From contig NW_027252026.1 of NCBI RefSeq assembly GCF_044704955.1, positions 434,001-498,000 on the forward strand: 64,000 nt of DNA, given 5' to 3'. A program made the position numbers and the translations under genes. The notes below the pieces were generated by a model. It was not told the origin of the DNA. It saw nothing but the letters and a program-made list of their open reading frames with translations, and did not search any database. The DNA is from Pristiophorus japonicus (lineage: Eukaryota). How positions within the stretch are numbered: the first letter of the stretch is position 1; each line of letters starts with the position of its first letter. Shown piece by piece: positions 39,105-52,705 of this stretch.

Positions 39105-42100
39105 ATCGTGGAAATTCATGGCACAGGAGGCAATTCAACCCATCGTGTCTGTGCCGGAGAACTAAGAGCTATCCAGCCTAATCCCACTTTCCAGTTCTTG
39201 GTCTGTATCCTTGTAGGGTATGGCACTTCAAGTGCATATCCAAGTACTTTTTAAATGTGATGAGGGTTTTTGCCTCTCCCAGCCTTTTAGGCAGTGAATT
39301 CCAGAGCCCCACTGCTCTCTCAGTGGAAAAAGTTCTCAACTCCCCTCTAGTCCTACCAATCACCTTAAATCTATACCCCCTGGTTGTTGACCCCTCTGCT
39401 AAGGAAAATACAGGCAACTCTCGATTATCCGGGTCCCACGGGGATTGAGCTATTTCGGGTAAACGATTTTTCCGTTAGGGCGAGTTTACATTTATAAGTT
39501 AAAACTTGAATGAATCAATACAAACAGTAACAAAAGATAGACATTACCAGCATGCATGTACAGGTTCTGTGCCTGGAACCCGGTGCCAGCACCATCCCTG
39601 TTCCCAACGTCAGCGGCGGCCGCGAGAGACAGCGGCTGCAGCAGCGCGCACACACCTCAGCAAAGTAAAGGCAGAGGAGGGTGATTTTTATGGTGAGTGA
39701 GAGAGTGTGTGTGAGAGAGAAACTGTGCGAGATTGTGTGTGCGAGAGAGAATGAGCAAATATAAATGAGCACAGTGTTTGGAAGGCGATTTTTCCAAATT
39801 ATTTGGAGCTGTCTTTTCACTTGTTAGCCACAGAATTTTAAATCCCGATACAACGGTTTCCCGTTGGATCCGTGTACGGATAATCGAGAGTTGCCTGTAG
39901 GTCATTCCTATCCACTCTTATCTTGGCCCCTCATCATTTTATACACCTCAATAAGTCTCCCCTCAGCCACCTCTGTTCCAAAGAAAACAACACCAGCCTA
40001 TCCAATCTTTCTTCATAGCTAAAATTCACCAGTCATGGAAAAATTCTCGTAAATTTCCTCTGCACAATCTCTAGTGCAATTACATCTTTCCTGTAATGTG
40101 GTGACCAGAACAGTATGCTGTGCTCTAGCTGTGGCCTATCAAGTGTTTTAATGCAGTTCTAGCATAAGCTCCCTGCTCGTTTATTCTATGCCTCAGCTGA
40201 GAAAGGAAAGTATCCCGCATGCCTTCTTAATCACCGTATCTTCCTGTCCTGCTACCTTCAGGGATCTGTGGACATGCATTTCAAGAACCCTCTATTCCTC
40301 TACACTTCTCCGTATCCTACCATTTATTGTGTATTCCCTTGCCTTGTTAACCCTCCCCAAATGGAATATCTCACACTTCTTCATTGAATTCCATTTGCCA
40401 CCTTTCTGCCCACTTGACCAATCCATTGGCATCTTCCTGCAGTCTGCCTCAGTGCCAACCACATGGCCAATTTTTGTATCATCTTCAAACTTCTTAATCA
40501 TACCTCCTATATTGGAATCTAAATCATTGACGCATACCACAAAAAGCAAGGGACCTACTACTGAGCCCTGCGGAACCCCATTGGAAACAGCCTTCCAGTC
40601 ACCAAAACACCCGTCGACCATTACCTTTTGCTTCCTGCAACTGAGCCAATTTTGGATCCAACTTGCCACTTCCCCTTGGATCACATGGACTTTTACTTTC
40701 CTGACCAGTCTGCCATGTTGGACCTTGTCAAATGCCTTGTTAAAATCCATGTAGACAAACGCACTACCCTCATCAACCATCCTTGTTACCTCCTCAAAAA
40801 ATAATCAAGTTAGTCAGACATGACCTTCCTTTAACAAATCCATGCTGATTGTCCTTGATTAATTCAAGCCTTTCTAAATGATGATTAAGACTGTGTCTCA
40901 CAAATGTTTCCAACAATTTTCCCACCACCGAGGTTAGGCTGACTGGCCTGTAATTACTTGCTCTATCCCTTTCTCCTTTTTTAAACAATAGTACAACATT
41001 AGCAGTCCTCCAGTCCTCCAGCCTGTAGCCTGAGAGGATTGGAAAATGATGGTCAGAGCCTCTGCTATTTTCTTCCTTGCTTCTCCTAACAGTCTGGGAT
41101 ACATTACATCCGGGTCTGGCGATTTATCTACTTTCAAGGATATTAAACCCCTTAATATTTCCTCTCTCACTACGGTTATTTCATCTAATATTTCACACTC
41201 CTCCCCCTTAACTACAATGTTTGCATTGTCTCTCCTTTTTGTGAAGACAGATGCAAAGTATTCATTAAGAACCATACCCATATCCTCCATCACAATCTTC
41301 CTTTTTTGGTCTCCCACAGACTACTCTTTCTTTAGTTATCCTCATGCTCTTTATATAGTTATAAAACATTCTTGATTTTACTTGCCAATATTTTTTCATA
41401 TCTTTGCATTCCTAATTTTTTAATTTTACCCCTGCACTTTACTCCTCTAGGCTTTCTGCAGTATTTAGCTCTTGGTATCCAACATACACTTCCCTTTTTT
41501 GCCTTATCCCACTGTATGTCCCTTGACATCCATGGAGTTCTAGATTTGGGAGTCCCACCACTGCTCCAACACTGATTTACCTTCGTTGCTGTTTGAAGTC
41601 CACTTTTGCTAAGTCACATCTCGGCTTAGTAAAATTGGCCTTTCCCCAACTGAGAACTTTTACTCTTGGTTTAACTTTCCCCTTTTCCATAACTACACTA
41701 AATCTAACTGAATTATGATCACTATCACCAAAATGCTCTCCCACTGATACCCCTACCATCTGTCCAGCATCATTCCATAAAACTAAGACCAGAACCGCCC
41801 CTCTCTTGTTGGGCTTGCAACGACTGATTAAAAACGTTCTGCTGAATGCATTTTATGAATTCTGCACCCTCTGTACGTTTTACACTGATTCTATCTCAGT
41901 TCATGTTAGGGTAGTTGAAATCCCCTATTGTTTTTGCACTTCTCAGAAATGTGCTTATATTTGCTCTTGTATCTTCCTCTGACGATTTGGGGGTCTATAG
42001 TACACTCCCAGCAGTGTGATTGCCCCTTTTTTGTTCTTCAGTTCAACTCATAAGGCCTCATTTGATGATCTTTCTAACGTATTATCCCTCCTCACAGCTG

Positions 42101-45100
42101 TAATTGTTTCCAATATTGCGAGTACCCCTTCCATTTTTTATCCCCCTCTCTATCTCGTCTGAAAATCCTGTAACCAGGAATGTTTTGCTGCCATTCATTG
42201 GGACAACCCAAAGATGTTTTATAAATACATTAAGAGCATGAGGATAACTAGAAAAGGAGTGGGGCCTATTAGATACCATAAAGTAAATCTGTGTGTGGAG
42301 GCAGAAGATGTGGGTATGATTCTTAATGAATATTTTGCATCTGTTTTCACAAAAGAGAGGAGCGATGAAGACTTTGCAATGAAGGAGGAGGAGTGTGAAA
42401 TATTAGATGAGATAGACATTGTGAGAAAGGAAGTATTAAGGGGCTTAACAACTTTGAAAGGGGATAAATCCCCAGGCCCGGATGAAATGTATCCCTGTTA
42501 AGAGAAGCAAAAGAAGAAATAGCAGAGGCTCTGACCATCATTTTCCAATCCTCTCTGGCTACAGGTGGTACCAGAGGACTGGAGGATTGCTGATGTTGTA
42601 CCTTTGTTTAAAAAGGGAGAAATGGATAGACCAAGTAGTTACAGGCCAGTCAGTCTTAACTCAGTGTTGGGAAAAATCCTGAGGGACATGATAAATCTTC
42701 ATTTGGAAAGACAGGGATTAATCAAGGATAGTCAGCACGGATTGGTTAAGGGAAGGTCATGTCTGACTTACTTGATTGAATTTTTTGAGGAGGTAACGAG
42801 GAGGGTCAAAGAGGACAGAGTGTATGATGTAGTGTATATGGATTTTAGCAAAGTTTTTGATAAGATCCCACATGACAGACTGGTCACGAAAGTAAAAGCC
42901 CATGGGATCCAGGGCAAAGTGGCAAGTTGGATCCAAAATTGGCTCATGGGCAGGAAGCAATGGGTAATGGTTGATGGGTGTTTTTGTGCCTGGAAGGCTG
43001 TATCCAGTAGGGGTCCGCAGGGCTCAGTGCTGGATCCCTTGCTTTTTGTGGTATATATCAATGACTTGGTCTTGAATGTTGGGGGTATGATTAAGAGGTT
43101 TGTAGATGACACTAAAATAGGCTGTGTGGTTGATAATGAAGAAGCAAGCTGCGGATTGCAAGGCGATATCAATGTACTGGTCAGGCGGTTGGAACAGTGG
43201 AAAATGGATTCAATCCGGATAAGTGTGAGGTAATGCATTTGGGGAGGTCTAACAAGGCAAGGGAACACACAGTAACTGGTACGACACTGAAAAGTGTAGA
43301 GGAACAAAGGGACCTTGGAATGCAGGTCCACAGATCCCTAAAGGTAGTAGGCCAGGTAGATAAGGTGGTTAAGAAGGCAGAGAGAATACTTGCCCTTGTT
43401 AGTCGAGGCATGGAATACAAGAGCTAGTAGGTTAAGCTTGAACTGTAAAAGCACTGGTTAGGCCGCAGCTGGAGTACTGTGTGCAGTTCTGTCACCCCAT
43501 TACAGGAAAGGAGGGTAGCTAATGTAACACCACTTTTTACAAAAGGAGAAAGAGAGAGAAAACGGGTAATTATAGACCAGTTAGCCTGACATCAGTAGTG
43601 GGGAAAATTTTGAATCAATTATTAAAGATGAAATAGCAGCGCATTTGGAAAGTAGTGACAGGATCGGGCCAAGTCAGCATTGATTTATGAAAGGGAAATC
43701 ATACTTGACAAATCTTCTGGAATTTTTTGAGGATGCAACTAGTAGAGTGGAGAAGGGAGAACCAGTGGATGTGGTGTATTTGGACTTTCAAAAGGCTTTT
43801 GACAAGGTCCCATACAAGAGATTGGTGTGCAAAATTAGAGCAAATGGTATTGGGATAATGTATTAACGTGGATAGAGAACTGGTTGGCAGACATGAAGCA
43901 GAGAGTCGGGTTAAACGGATCCTTTTCTGAATGGCAGGCAGTGACTAGTGGGGTGCCGCAGGGCTCAGTGCTGGGACCCCAGCTATTTACAATATATATA
44001 AATGATTTACATGAAGGAATTGAGAGTAATATCTTCAAGTTTGCAGATGACACTAAGCTGGGTGGCGGTGTGAGCTGTGAGGAGCATGCTAAGAGGCTGC
44101 AGGGTGACTTGGACAGGTTAGGTGAGTGGGAAAATGCATGGTAGATGCAGTATAATGTGGATAAATGTGAGGTTAGCCACTTTGGTGGCAAAAACATGAA
44201 GGCAGAATATTATCTGAATGGCGGCAGATTAGGAAAAGGTGCAACGAGACTTGGGTGTCATGGTACATCAGTCATTGAAAGTTGGCATGCAGGTACAGCA
44301 GGTGGTGAAGAAGGCAAATGACATGTTGGCTTCCATAGCGAGGGGATTTGAGTATAGGAGCAGGGAGGTCTTACTGCAGTTGTACAGGGCCTTGGTGAGG
44401 CCTCACCTGGAATATTGTGTTCAGTTTTGGTCTCCTAATCTGAGGAAGGATGTTCTTGCTATTGAGGGAGTGCAGCGAAGGTTCACCAGACTGATTCCTG
44501 GGATGGCAGGACTGACATGAGGAGAGACTGGATCGACTGGGCCTCTATTCACTGGAGTTTAGAAGGATGAGAGGAGATCTCATAGAAACATATAAAATTC
44601 TGACGGGACTGGACAGGTTAGATGCAGGAAGAATGTTCCCGATGCTGGGGGAGTCCAGAACCAGAGGTCACAGTAAGGATAAGGGGTAAGCCATTTCGGA
44701 CCGAGATGAGGAGAAATCTGTTCACTCAGAGAGTTGTTAACCTGTGGAATTCTCTACCACACAGAATTGTTGATGCCAGTTCGTTAGATATATTCAAGAG
44801 GGAGTTGGCCCTTACGGCTAAAGGGATCAAGGGATATGGAGAGAAAGCAGGAAAGGGGTACTGAGGTGAATGATCAGCCATGATCTTTTTGAATGGTGAT
44901 GCAGGCTGGAAGGGCCAAGTGGCCTACTCCTGCACCTATTTTCTATGTTTCTATGAAAGATGTGATTGCACTGGAAAGGGTGCAGAGAAGATTTACAAGA
45001 ATGTTGCCTGGGCTGGAGAATTTTGGCTTTGAGGAAAAATTGGAGATGCTGGGTCTGTTTTCTTTGGAACAGAGGAGGCTGAGGGGAGACCTGATTGAGG

Positions 45101-45465
45101 TGTATAAAATTATGAGGGGCCGAGATAGAATAGATAGGAAGGACCTGTTTCCCTTTGCAGAGGGGTTAACAACCAGGGGACATAGATTTAAAGTAATTGG
45201 GAGGAGGTTTAGAGGAGATATTAGGGGAAATGTCTTTACCCAGAGGGTAGTGGGAATCTGAAACTCTCTGCCTGAAAGGGTGGTAGAGGCATTAACCCTC
45301 ACCACATTTAAAAATACTTGGATGTGCACTTAAAGTGCCGTAACCTACAGGGCTACGTTCCAAGAGCTGGAAAGTGGGGTTAGGCTGGATAGCTCTTGGT
45401 CGGCCGGTGCGGACACGATGGGCCAAAATAACCTCCTTCCATGCTGTAAATTTCTATGATTCTAT
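39105..45465. mobile_element. CR1-type LINE block: 39105-42180 (-), 42180-43510 (+), nested young copy 43510-44950 (+), 44955-45465 (+)
   Basis: Multiple RT ORFs with [19 protein letters not shown] and FADDTK. Confidence 0.88.
39411..39897. mobile_element. Tc1/mariner-pogo-type MITE with 21-bp perfect TIRs and TA TSD, inserted in a CR1
   Basis: TA|CAGGCAACTCTCGATTATCCG ... CGGATAATCGAGAGTTGCCTG|TA. The flanking CR1 is continuous across the insertion. Confidence 0.9.
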
Positions 45466-45908
45466 ACGTAGCTTTCCCTTGATTATTATGGTCTGTTTTC
45501 CCAGAATTAATGTGACATAGCTCTTGTTGGAAAACATCAGAGCCAATAATTTGCTTAACCCTTGAAACCAATGGAAAATGTTGAATCAGAAAATGAAGTG
45601 TGCTGGCTACTTTTAACCTGGTTACAATACTCAGTGTGAACAAAGGAGAGGATTTGTGTGTGTGCGGCTGTGGGTGTTAATGATTTAGTAAAAGCTGTTC
45701 ATCACCACACAACATTCAATCCATCACCGTACTGGGCTACTGATGGCCCGTTACCACACTGGGCTCATTGCTCTCGGTCTATTCCAGGCAGTGTTGCTGC
45801 TATGGATCCATTTTAGGTGAAGGTTTCCCACAGTTTCACCATTTATACAAAAAGTGACAGATATTACACGCATTGTCTCTACCCTTGCCAAGTGTGAGAG
45901 AAACATAC

Positions 45909-45951
45909 CTTTAAGCTCACTGTATATGGACTGATCCAATTCCTTCATTGC
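45909..45951 (-). CDS. Candidate 43-bp cytoplasmic micro-exon with ITIM (AMKELDQSIYSELK)
   Basis: Acceptor gctgtaccctgtcag|, donor AAAG|gtatgt. The phase-0 reading contains SIYSEL (ITIM consensus S/I/V/LxYxxL/V). It is the first unique sequence downstream of gene B V2 after a CR1 insertion. Confidence 0.45.
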
Positions 45952-45969
45952 CTGACAGGGTACAGCAAT

Positions 45970-48745
45970 GATAGAAACATAGAAAACAGGTGCAGGAGTA
46001 GGCCATTCGGCCCTTCGAGCCTGCACCACCATTCAATAAGATCTTGGCTGATCATTCACCTCAGTGCCCCTTTCCTGCTTTCTCTCCATATTCCTTGACC
46101 CCTTTAGCAGTTAGGGCCATATCTAACTCCCTCTTGAATATATCTAATAAACTGGCATCAACAACTCTCTCTGGTAGAGAATTCCACAGGTTAAGAAGTT
46201 TCTCCTCATCTCGGTCCTAAATGGCTTACCCCTTATCCTTAGACTGTGACCCCTGGTTCTGGACTTCCCCAACATTGGGAACATTCTTCCTGCATCTAAC
46301 CTGACTAGTCCCGTCAGAATTTTATATGTCTCTATGAGATTCTCCCTTCATTCTTCTGGATCCCGGGAATCAGTCTGGTGACCCTTCGCTGCACTCCCTC
46401 AATAGCAAGCACGTCCTTCCTTAAATTAGGAGACCAAAACAGCACACAATACTCAAGGTGTGGTCTCACCAAGGTCCTGTACAACTGCAGCAAGACCTCC
46501 CTGCTCCTATACTCAAATCCCCTTGCTATGAAGGCCAGCATACCATTTGCTTTCTTTGCTGTCTGCTGTACCTGCTTGCCTAACTTCAAAGACTGATGTA
46601 CCATGAGACCCAGGTCTCGTTGTACCTCCTCTTTTACTAATCTGTCACCATTCAGATAATAATCTACCTTCCTGTTTTTGCCACCAAAGTGGATAACCTC
46701 ACATTTATCCACATTATACTGCATTTGCCCATTCACCTAACCTGTCCAAGTCCCCTGCAGCCTCTTAGCATCCTCTTCGCAGCTCGCTCTGCCACCCATC
46801 TTAGTGTCATCTGCAAACTTGGAGATATTACATTCAATTCCTTCGTCTAAATCATTAATGTATATTGTAAATAGCTGGGGTCCCAGCATTGAACCCTGCA
46901 GCACCCCACTAGTCACTGCCTGCCATTCTGAAAAGGACCCGTTTATTCCCACTCTTTGCATCCTGTCTGTCAACGTCTCTATCCACGTCAATATATTACC
47001 TCCAATACCATGTGCCTTAATTTTGCACACTAATCTATTGTGTGGGACATTGTCAAAAGCCTTTTGAAAGTCCAAATACATCACATCCACTTATTCTCCC
47101 TTATCCACTCTACTAGTTACATCCTCAAAAAGCTCTAGAAGATTTGTCAAGCTTGATTTCCCGTTCATAAATCCATGCTGACTTAGACCGATCCTGTCAC
47201 TGCTTTCCAAATGTGCTGCTATTTCATCTTTAATAATTGATTCCAACATTTTCTCCACCACCGATGTCAGGCTAACTAGTCAAAAATTCCCTGTTTTCTC
47301 TCCCTCCTTCTTTAAAAAGTGGTGTTACATTAGCTACCCTCCAATCCATAGCAACTGAATCAGAGTCCATGGAATGTTGGAAAATGACCACCAATGCATC
47401 TTCTATTTCTAAAGCCACTTCCTTAAGTACTCTGGAGTGCAGACTATCAGGACCTGGGGATTTATTGGCCTTCAGTCCCTTCAATTTCCCTAACACCATT
47501 TCCTGACTAATAAGGATTTTCCTCAGTTCCCCCTTCTCGCTTGACCCTCGGTCCCATAGTATTTTCGGGAGGTTATTTGTGTCTTCCTTAGTGAAGACAG
47601 AAACAAAGTATTTTTTCAATTGGTCTGCCATTTCCTTGTTCCCCATTATGGATTCCCCTGATTCTGACTGCAAGAGACCTACATTAGTCTTCACTAATAT
47701 TTTTCTCTTCACGTATCTGTAGATGCTTTTGCAGTCAGTTTTTATGTTCCCTGCAAGCTTACTCTCATACCCTATTTTCCCCCTCCTAATTAAACCCTTA
47801 GTCCTCCTCTGCTGAATATTAAATTTCTCCCAGTCCTCAGGTTTGCTGCTTTTTCTGGCCAATTTATATGCCTCTTCCTTGGATTTAACACTTTCACTAA
47901 TTTCCCTTGTTAGCCACGGCTGAGCCACCTTCCCTTTATTTTTACGCCACACTGGGATGTACAATTGTTGTAGTTCATCCATGTGATCTTTAAATGTCTG
48001 CCATTGCCTATCCACCGTCAACCCTTTAAGTATCAGTCGCCAGTCTATCCCAGCCAATTCACGTCTCATACCGTCGAAGTTTCCTTTCTTTAAGTTAAGA
48101 ACCCTAGTCTCTGAATTAACTGTGTCACTCTCCATCTTAATGAAGAATTCTACCATATTATGGTCACTCTTCCCCAAGGGGCCTCGCACGACCAAATTGC
48201 TAATTAATCCTCTCTCATTACACAAAATCCAGTCTAGGATGGCCTGCTCTCTCGTTGGTTCCTCGACATATTGTTCTCGAAAACCATCCCTTATACACTC
48301 CAGGAAATCCTCCTCCACAGTATTGCTACCAGTTTGGTTAGCCCAATCAATATGAAGATTAAATTCACCCATGATAACTGCTGTAACCTTATTGCACGCG
48401 TCCCTAATTTCCTGTTTGATGCCATCCCCAACCCCCATACTACTGTTTGATGGCCTGTACACAACTCCCACGAACGTTTTCTGCCCTTTGGTTCTTCGCA
48501 GCTCTACCATATAGATTCCACATCATCCACGTTAATGTTCTTCCTTACGATTGCGTTAATCTCCTCTTTAACCAGTAACGCTACCCCACCTCCTTTTCCT
48601 TCCTGTCTATCCTTCCTGAATATTGAATACCCCTGGATATTGAGTTCCCAGCCTTGGTCAGCCTGGAGTATGTCTCCGTAATCTCAATTACATCATATCC
48701 ATTAATATCTATCTGCGCAGTTAATTCGTCCACCTTATTGCATTA
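45970..48745 (-). mobile_element. CR1-type LINE ORF2 (near-complete, degenerate) directly downstream of gene B V2
   Basis: ORF 47272..48510 (endonuclease GVVYRPS, SDHNMV; KSPGPD), RT fragments and 3' tail. Confidence 0.92.
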
Positions 48746-48850
48746 AGTTTACCAGCGGTTTTTGTGATATTAATCAGATACTGATCAATAAATCCATGTG
48801 TAAGAGGTTATTCCTTCTATTCAGGTTAATATAATGTGAACTGTATTTAC

Positions 48851-49195
48851 TGGTTACATTGAGCTGGGTTCCGCTCCCGCTGATATCGCCCCACACTTTA
48901 CAGTAATAGGCGGCAGTGTCACTGGGCTGCACGTCTGTGACTGTCAGAATGAAGCTGTTATTGGAGATGTCTCTGGAAGGCTGGAGACGGTCAGTGGAAC
49001 CTGGGCTCCCTCGTGTGCTGCCACTTGCCTCATGTGTTAAAACCCACTCCGTATCTTGCCCCGGTAGTTGCCGGTACCAGTGGACATCAGTGTCACTCAC
49101 TCTGGCGTTCCGCATGGTGCACTGTAACCGCGCCGTGTGACCCTCTGTGACACGTTCCAGGCTCGGAGACTGGGTCAGGACAGGGACAACTGCAC
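48851..49195 (-). CDS. Gene B exon V2: intact V-J Ig domain, paralogue of 12327-12671
   Basis: Acceptor ccattaaag|GT, donor A|gtaaat; 345 bp. 11 substitutions versus gene A V2 by manual alignment. Translation ...LQCTMRNARVSDTDVHWYRQLPGQDTEW...YYCKVWGDISGSGTQLNVT. Confidence 0.9.
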
Positions 49196-49619
49196 CTTTA
49201 ATGGGAAAATATCAATCACTTAAAAACCGGTCTGAAGGTTACAAAGTGTCCCCGGTATTTAAAGGGCCAGTCCAGGCAGTACAAGTTAGACGGAGATCAA
49301 AGATTGCAATCCTGGAGCAGTGCGGTTAGTCAGTTACTGATTCCGATCCAAAATGTGGAAAACCTGTGTTGTGAACCCTGTCTTTTATTTGAACAAGTTC
49401 ACCAATAGAAGAGAAGGTTCTTTTTCTTTTCATTCACCGGCTGGCGTGGGCACGGGTACAATGGGCCGAATCAGTGTCCTTCGGTGCTGTCTGATTCTAT
49501 CATGGAAACTGGTAAAGGGAGACCTGGGGAGGGAACAACAACTGGTATTGATATAGCGCCTTTAATGCAGTAAAAGGTCCCAAGGTGCTTCACAAGAGTG
49601 TTATTAGACAAAAGATGGT

Positions 49620-50205
49620 TCCTTCAAGCTGCGAGGAACCATCAGCGGAAGGTCGGGGCTTTAAAAGGAGGAGCAGCATGGCGGCATACCACTGCAAGGT
49701 ACAGCGCGAGCCAGTCAGGGAGGGCAACGACTGTGAAGAGGGCGACTGGAATGGACATCCTCATAATGCAGGTCGGTGATTGGAGCGTGGGCAGGTACAG
49801 CAGGAGCGATGAGGTCGGTGCGAAGTAGTGGCGAGGGATTGCAGACCAACGTGATCGGGGCCCAGGAGAGGCATGAGTTCGGGGACCAGAAGAGGCGAGG
49901 GCCCAGGGGCACACGGGCCAGCCCACACTGCAATATGTGTGTGCAGTAGATCCGTGCAGCAGAGCTGGTTTCCAGTCGTCAAGGTTAATCCTTGCCACTG
50001 GACCAAGACCTAGCTCTGTCAAGCCCGTGTGGTGGTTGGTGTGCAACGGTCACCACACGTTAAAAAAATCCACACTCTGGCATCATCCATCCTTCAATCT
50101 GCAGTTCGGGACTTGGAATAGCCAGTCCTTCATTGAAACACATGTGAACTCATCCCTTTTTGGTGGAAGCAAGTCATACTCGATACAAGGGACCGCCGAA
50201 GAGAA
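49620..50205 (+). mobile_element. Non-autonomous RTE-associated element; related split copy at 58815-59130 and 59575-59685
   Basis: Contains the RTE 5' block seen near 38020-38110 and an RTE-like 3' end gtggaagcaagtcat..cga. It interrupts the L2 fragment. Confidence 0.55.
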
Positions 50206-50569
50206 GATAAGACAAAAAATTTGATACCAAGACACATGACACAAATGGTCAAAGAAGTAGGTTTTAAGGGGCGTCTTACAGGAGAAAAGAGAGTCGAGAG
50301 GATTAGCAAGGAATTCCAGAGCATAGGGAGCTGGAGGCACGGCCGCCAGTGGTTGAGTAATTATAGTCGGGGGTGCTGAACAGGCCAGAATTAGTGGAGC
50401 GCAGACATCTCTTTGGCAGGGGGTCATGGGGCTGGAGGAGATTACAGAGAGTGTGAAGGTCGAGGCCATGGAGGGATTTGAAAACCAGGATGAGCATTTT
50501 TAAAATCGAGGCGTTGCTTAACCGGGAGCCAATGTAGGTCAGCGAGCACAGGGGAGATGGGTTTACAGG

Positions 50570-52705
50570 ACTTGGAAAGTTTACAGCACACAAGCGACCT
50601 ATTCGGCCCATCGTGTCCGTGCCGGACGACAAAGCTATCCAGCCTAATCCCACTTTCCAGCTCTTGGTCCATAGCCTTGTATGTTACGGCATTTCAAGTG
50701 CATATCCAAGTACTTTTTAAATGTGGTGAAGGTTTCTGTCTCTACCACCCTGTCAGGCAGTGAGGGGATAAGGGGTTATGGGGAGCGGGTGGGGAAGTGG
50801 AGCTGAGTCCATAATCAGATCAGCCATGATCTTATTGAATGGCGGAGCAGGCTCGAGGGGCCATATGGCCTACACCTGTTCCTATTTCTTATGTTCTTAT
50901 AGACCCCCACCACTCTCTGGGTGAAAGAAATTCTCCTCAAATCCCCTCTAAACCTCGTACCAATTACTTTAAATCTATGCCCCCTGGTTGGTGACCCCTC
51001 TGCTGATGGAAATAGGTCATTCCTATCCACTCTATCTCAGCCCCACATAATTTTATACACCTCAATTAGGTCTCTCCTCAGCCTCCTATGTTCCAAAGAA
51101 AACAACCCCAGCCTATCCAATCATTCATTATGGCTAAAATTCTCCAGTCCAGGCAAAATCCTCGTAAATCTCCTCTATACCCTCTCTAGTGCAATCACAT
51201 CTTTTCCTGTAATGTGGTGACCAGAACTGCAGACAGTACTCTAGCTGTGGCTTAGCTAGTGTTTTATACCATTCAAGCATAACCTCCCGGCTCTTATATT
51301 CTATGTCTTGGCTAATAAAGGCAAGTATCCCGTATGCCTTCTTATCCACCTTATCTACCTGTCCTGCTACCTTCAGGGATCTGTAGACACAAGAACATAA
51401 GACATTTGAGCCGTTGTAGGCCATATGGCACCTCGAGCCTGCTCCACCATTCAATAAGATCATGGCTGATCTGATCTTGGCCTCCACTCCACTTTCCTTC
51501 CTGTTCCCCATAACCCTTGACTCCCCTATAGTTCAAGAATCTGTCTATCTCAGCCTTGAATATCTTCACTGACAGCCTCCACATCTCTCTGGGGTAGAGA
51601 ATTCCAAAGATTCATGACCCTCAGTGAAGAAATTACTCCTCATCTCCGTCTTAAATGGACGATCCCTTATTCTGAAACTATGTGCCCTAGTTCTAGATTC
51701 CCCCATGAGGAGAAACATCCTCTCAGCATCTGCCCTGTCAAGCCCCCTCAGAATCTTATATGTTTCAATAAGATCACCTCTCATTCTTCTAAAGTCCAAA
51801 GAGTACAGGCCCAACCTGCTCAACCTTTCCTCATAACATGCCTTCATCCCAGTAATCAACCAAGTGAACCTTCTCTGAACTGCCTCCAATGCAACTATAT
51901 CCCTCCTTAAATAAGGAGACCAAAATAGCATGCAGTACTCCAAGTTTGGTCTCACCAATGCCCTATACAGTTGCTGCAAGACTTCCCTACATTTATACTC
52001 CATCCCCTTTGCCATAAAGGCCAACATTCCATTTGCCCTCCTAATTACTTGCTACTTGAATGTTAACTTTTTGTGTTACAAGTACAAGGATCCCCAGATC
52101 CCCCCGTACCACAGAATTCTGTAGTCTCTCTCCATTCAAATAATATTTTGCTTTTCTGTTCTTCCTATCAAATTGGATAACCTCACATTTTCCCACATTA
52201 TACTCCATCTGCCAAATGTTTTCCCACTCAGTTAACCTATCTATATCCCTTTGCAGACTCTGAGTCCTCCTCACAACTTGATTTCCCACCTATCATTGTA
52301 TTGTTGGCAAATTTGGCTGTAATACTCTGTCCCTTCACCCAAGTCACTACGATAGATTAAAATAGATTGTAAATAGTTGAGGCCCCAGCACTGATCGCTG
52401 TGGCACCCCACTAGTTACAGTTTGCCAACCTGAAAATGGCCCATTTATCTCGACTCTCTGTTTTCTGTTAGTTAGCTAATCCTCTACATGCTTATATATT
52501 ACCCCCCAACACCATGAGCTCTTATCTTGTGTAGTAACCTTTTATGTCGCATCTTATCGAATGCCTTTTCGAAATCCAAGTACTCAATATCTACTGGTTC
52601 TCCATTACGCACCCTGCTTGTTACATCCTCAAAGAACAATAATAAATTTGTCAAAAATGATTTCCCTTTCATAAAACCATGTTGAATCTGCTTGATTGTA
52701 TTATT
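50570..52705 (-). mobile_element. Nested CR1-type LINE fragments
   Basis: LVRPNLEYC, RRMRGDLIETYKI and several CR1 3' tails. Confidence 0.8.

Noticed and set aside
45743-45816. Signal-peptide-like mini-ORF on + (MARYHTGLIALGLFQAVLLLWIHF)
   Set aside because: The only nearby donor (AG|gtgaag) is weak and phase 2, incompatible with the phase-1 V exons. No + strand V exon follows in the window. Probably chance, though not excluded.
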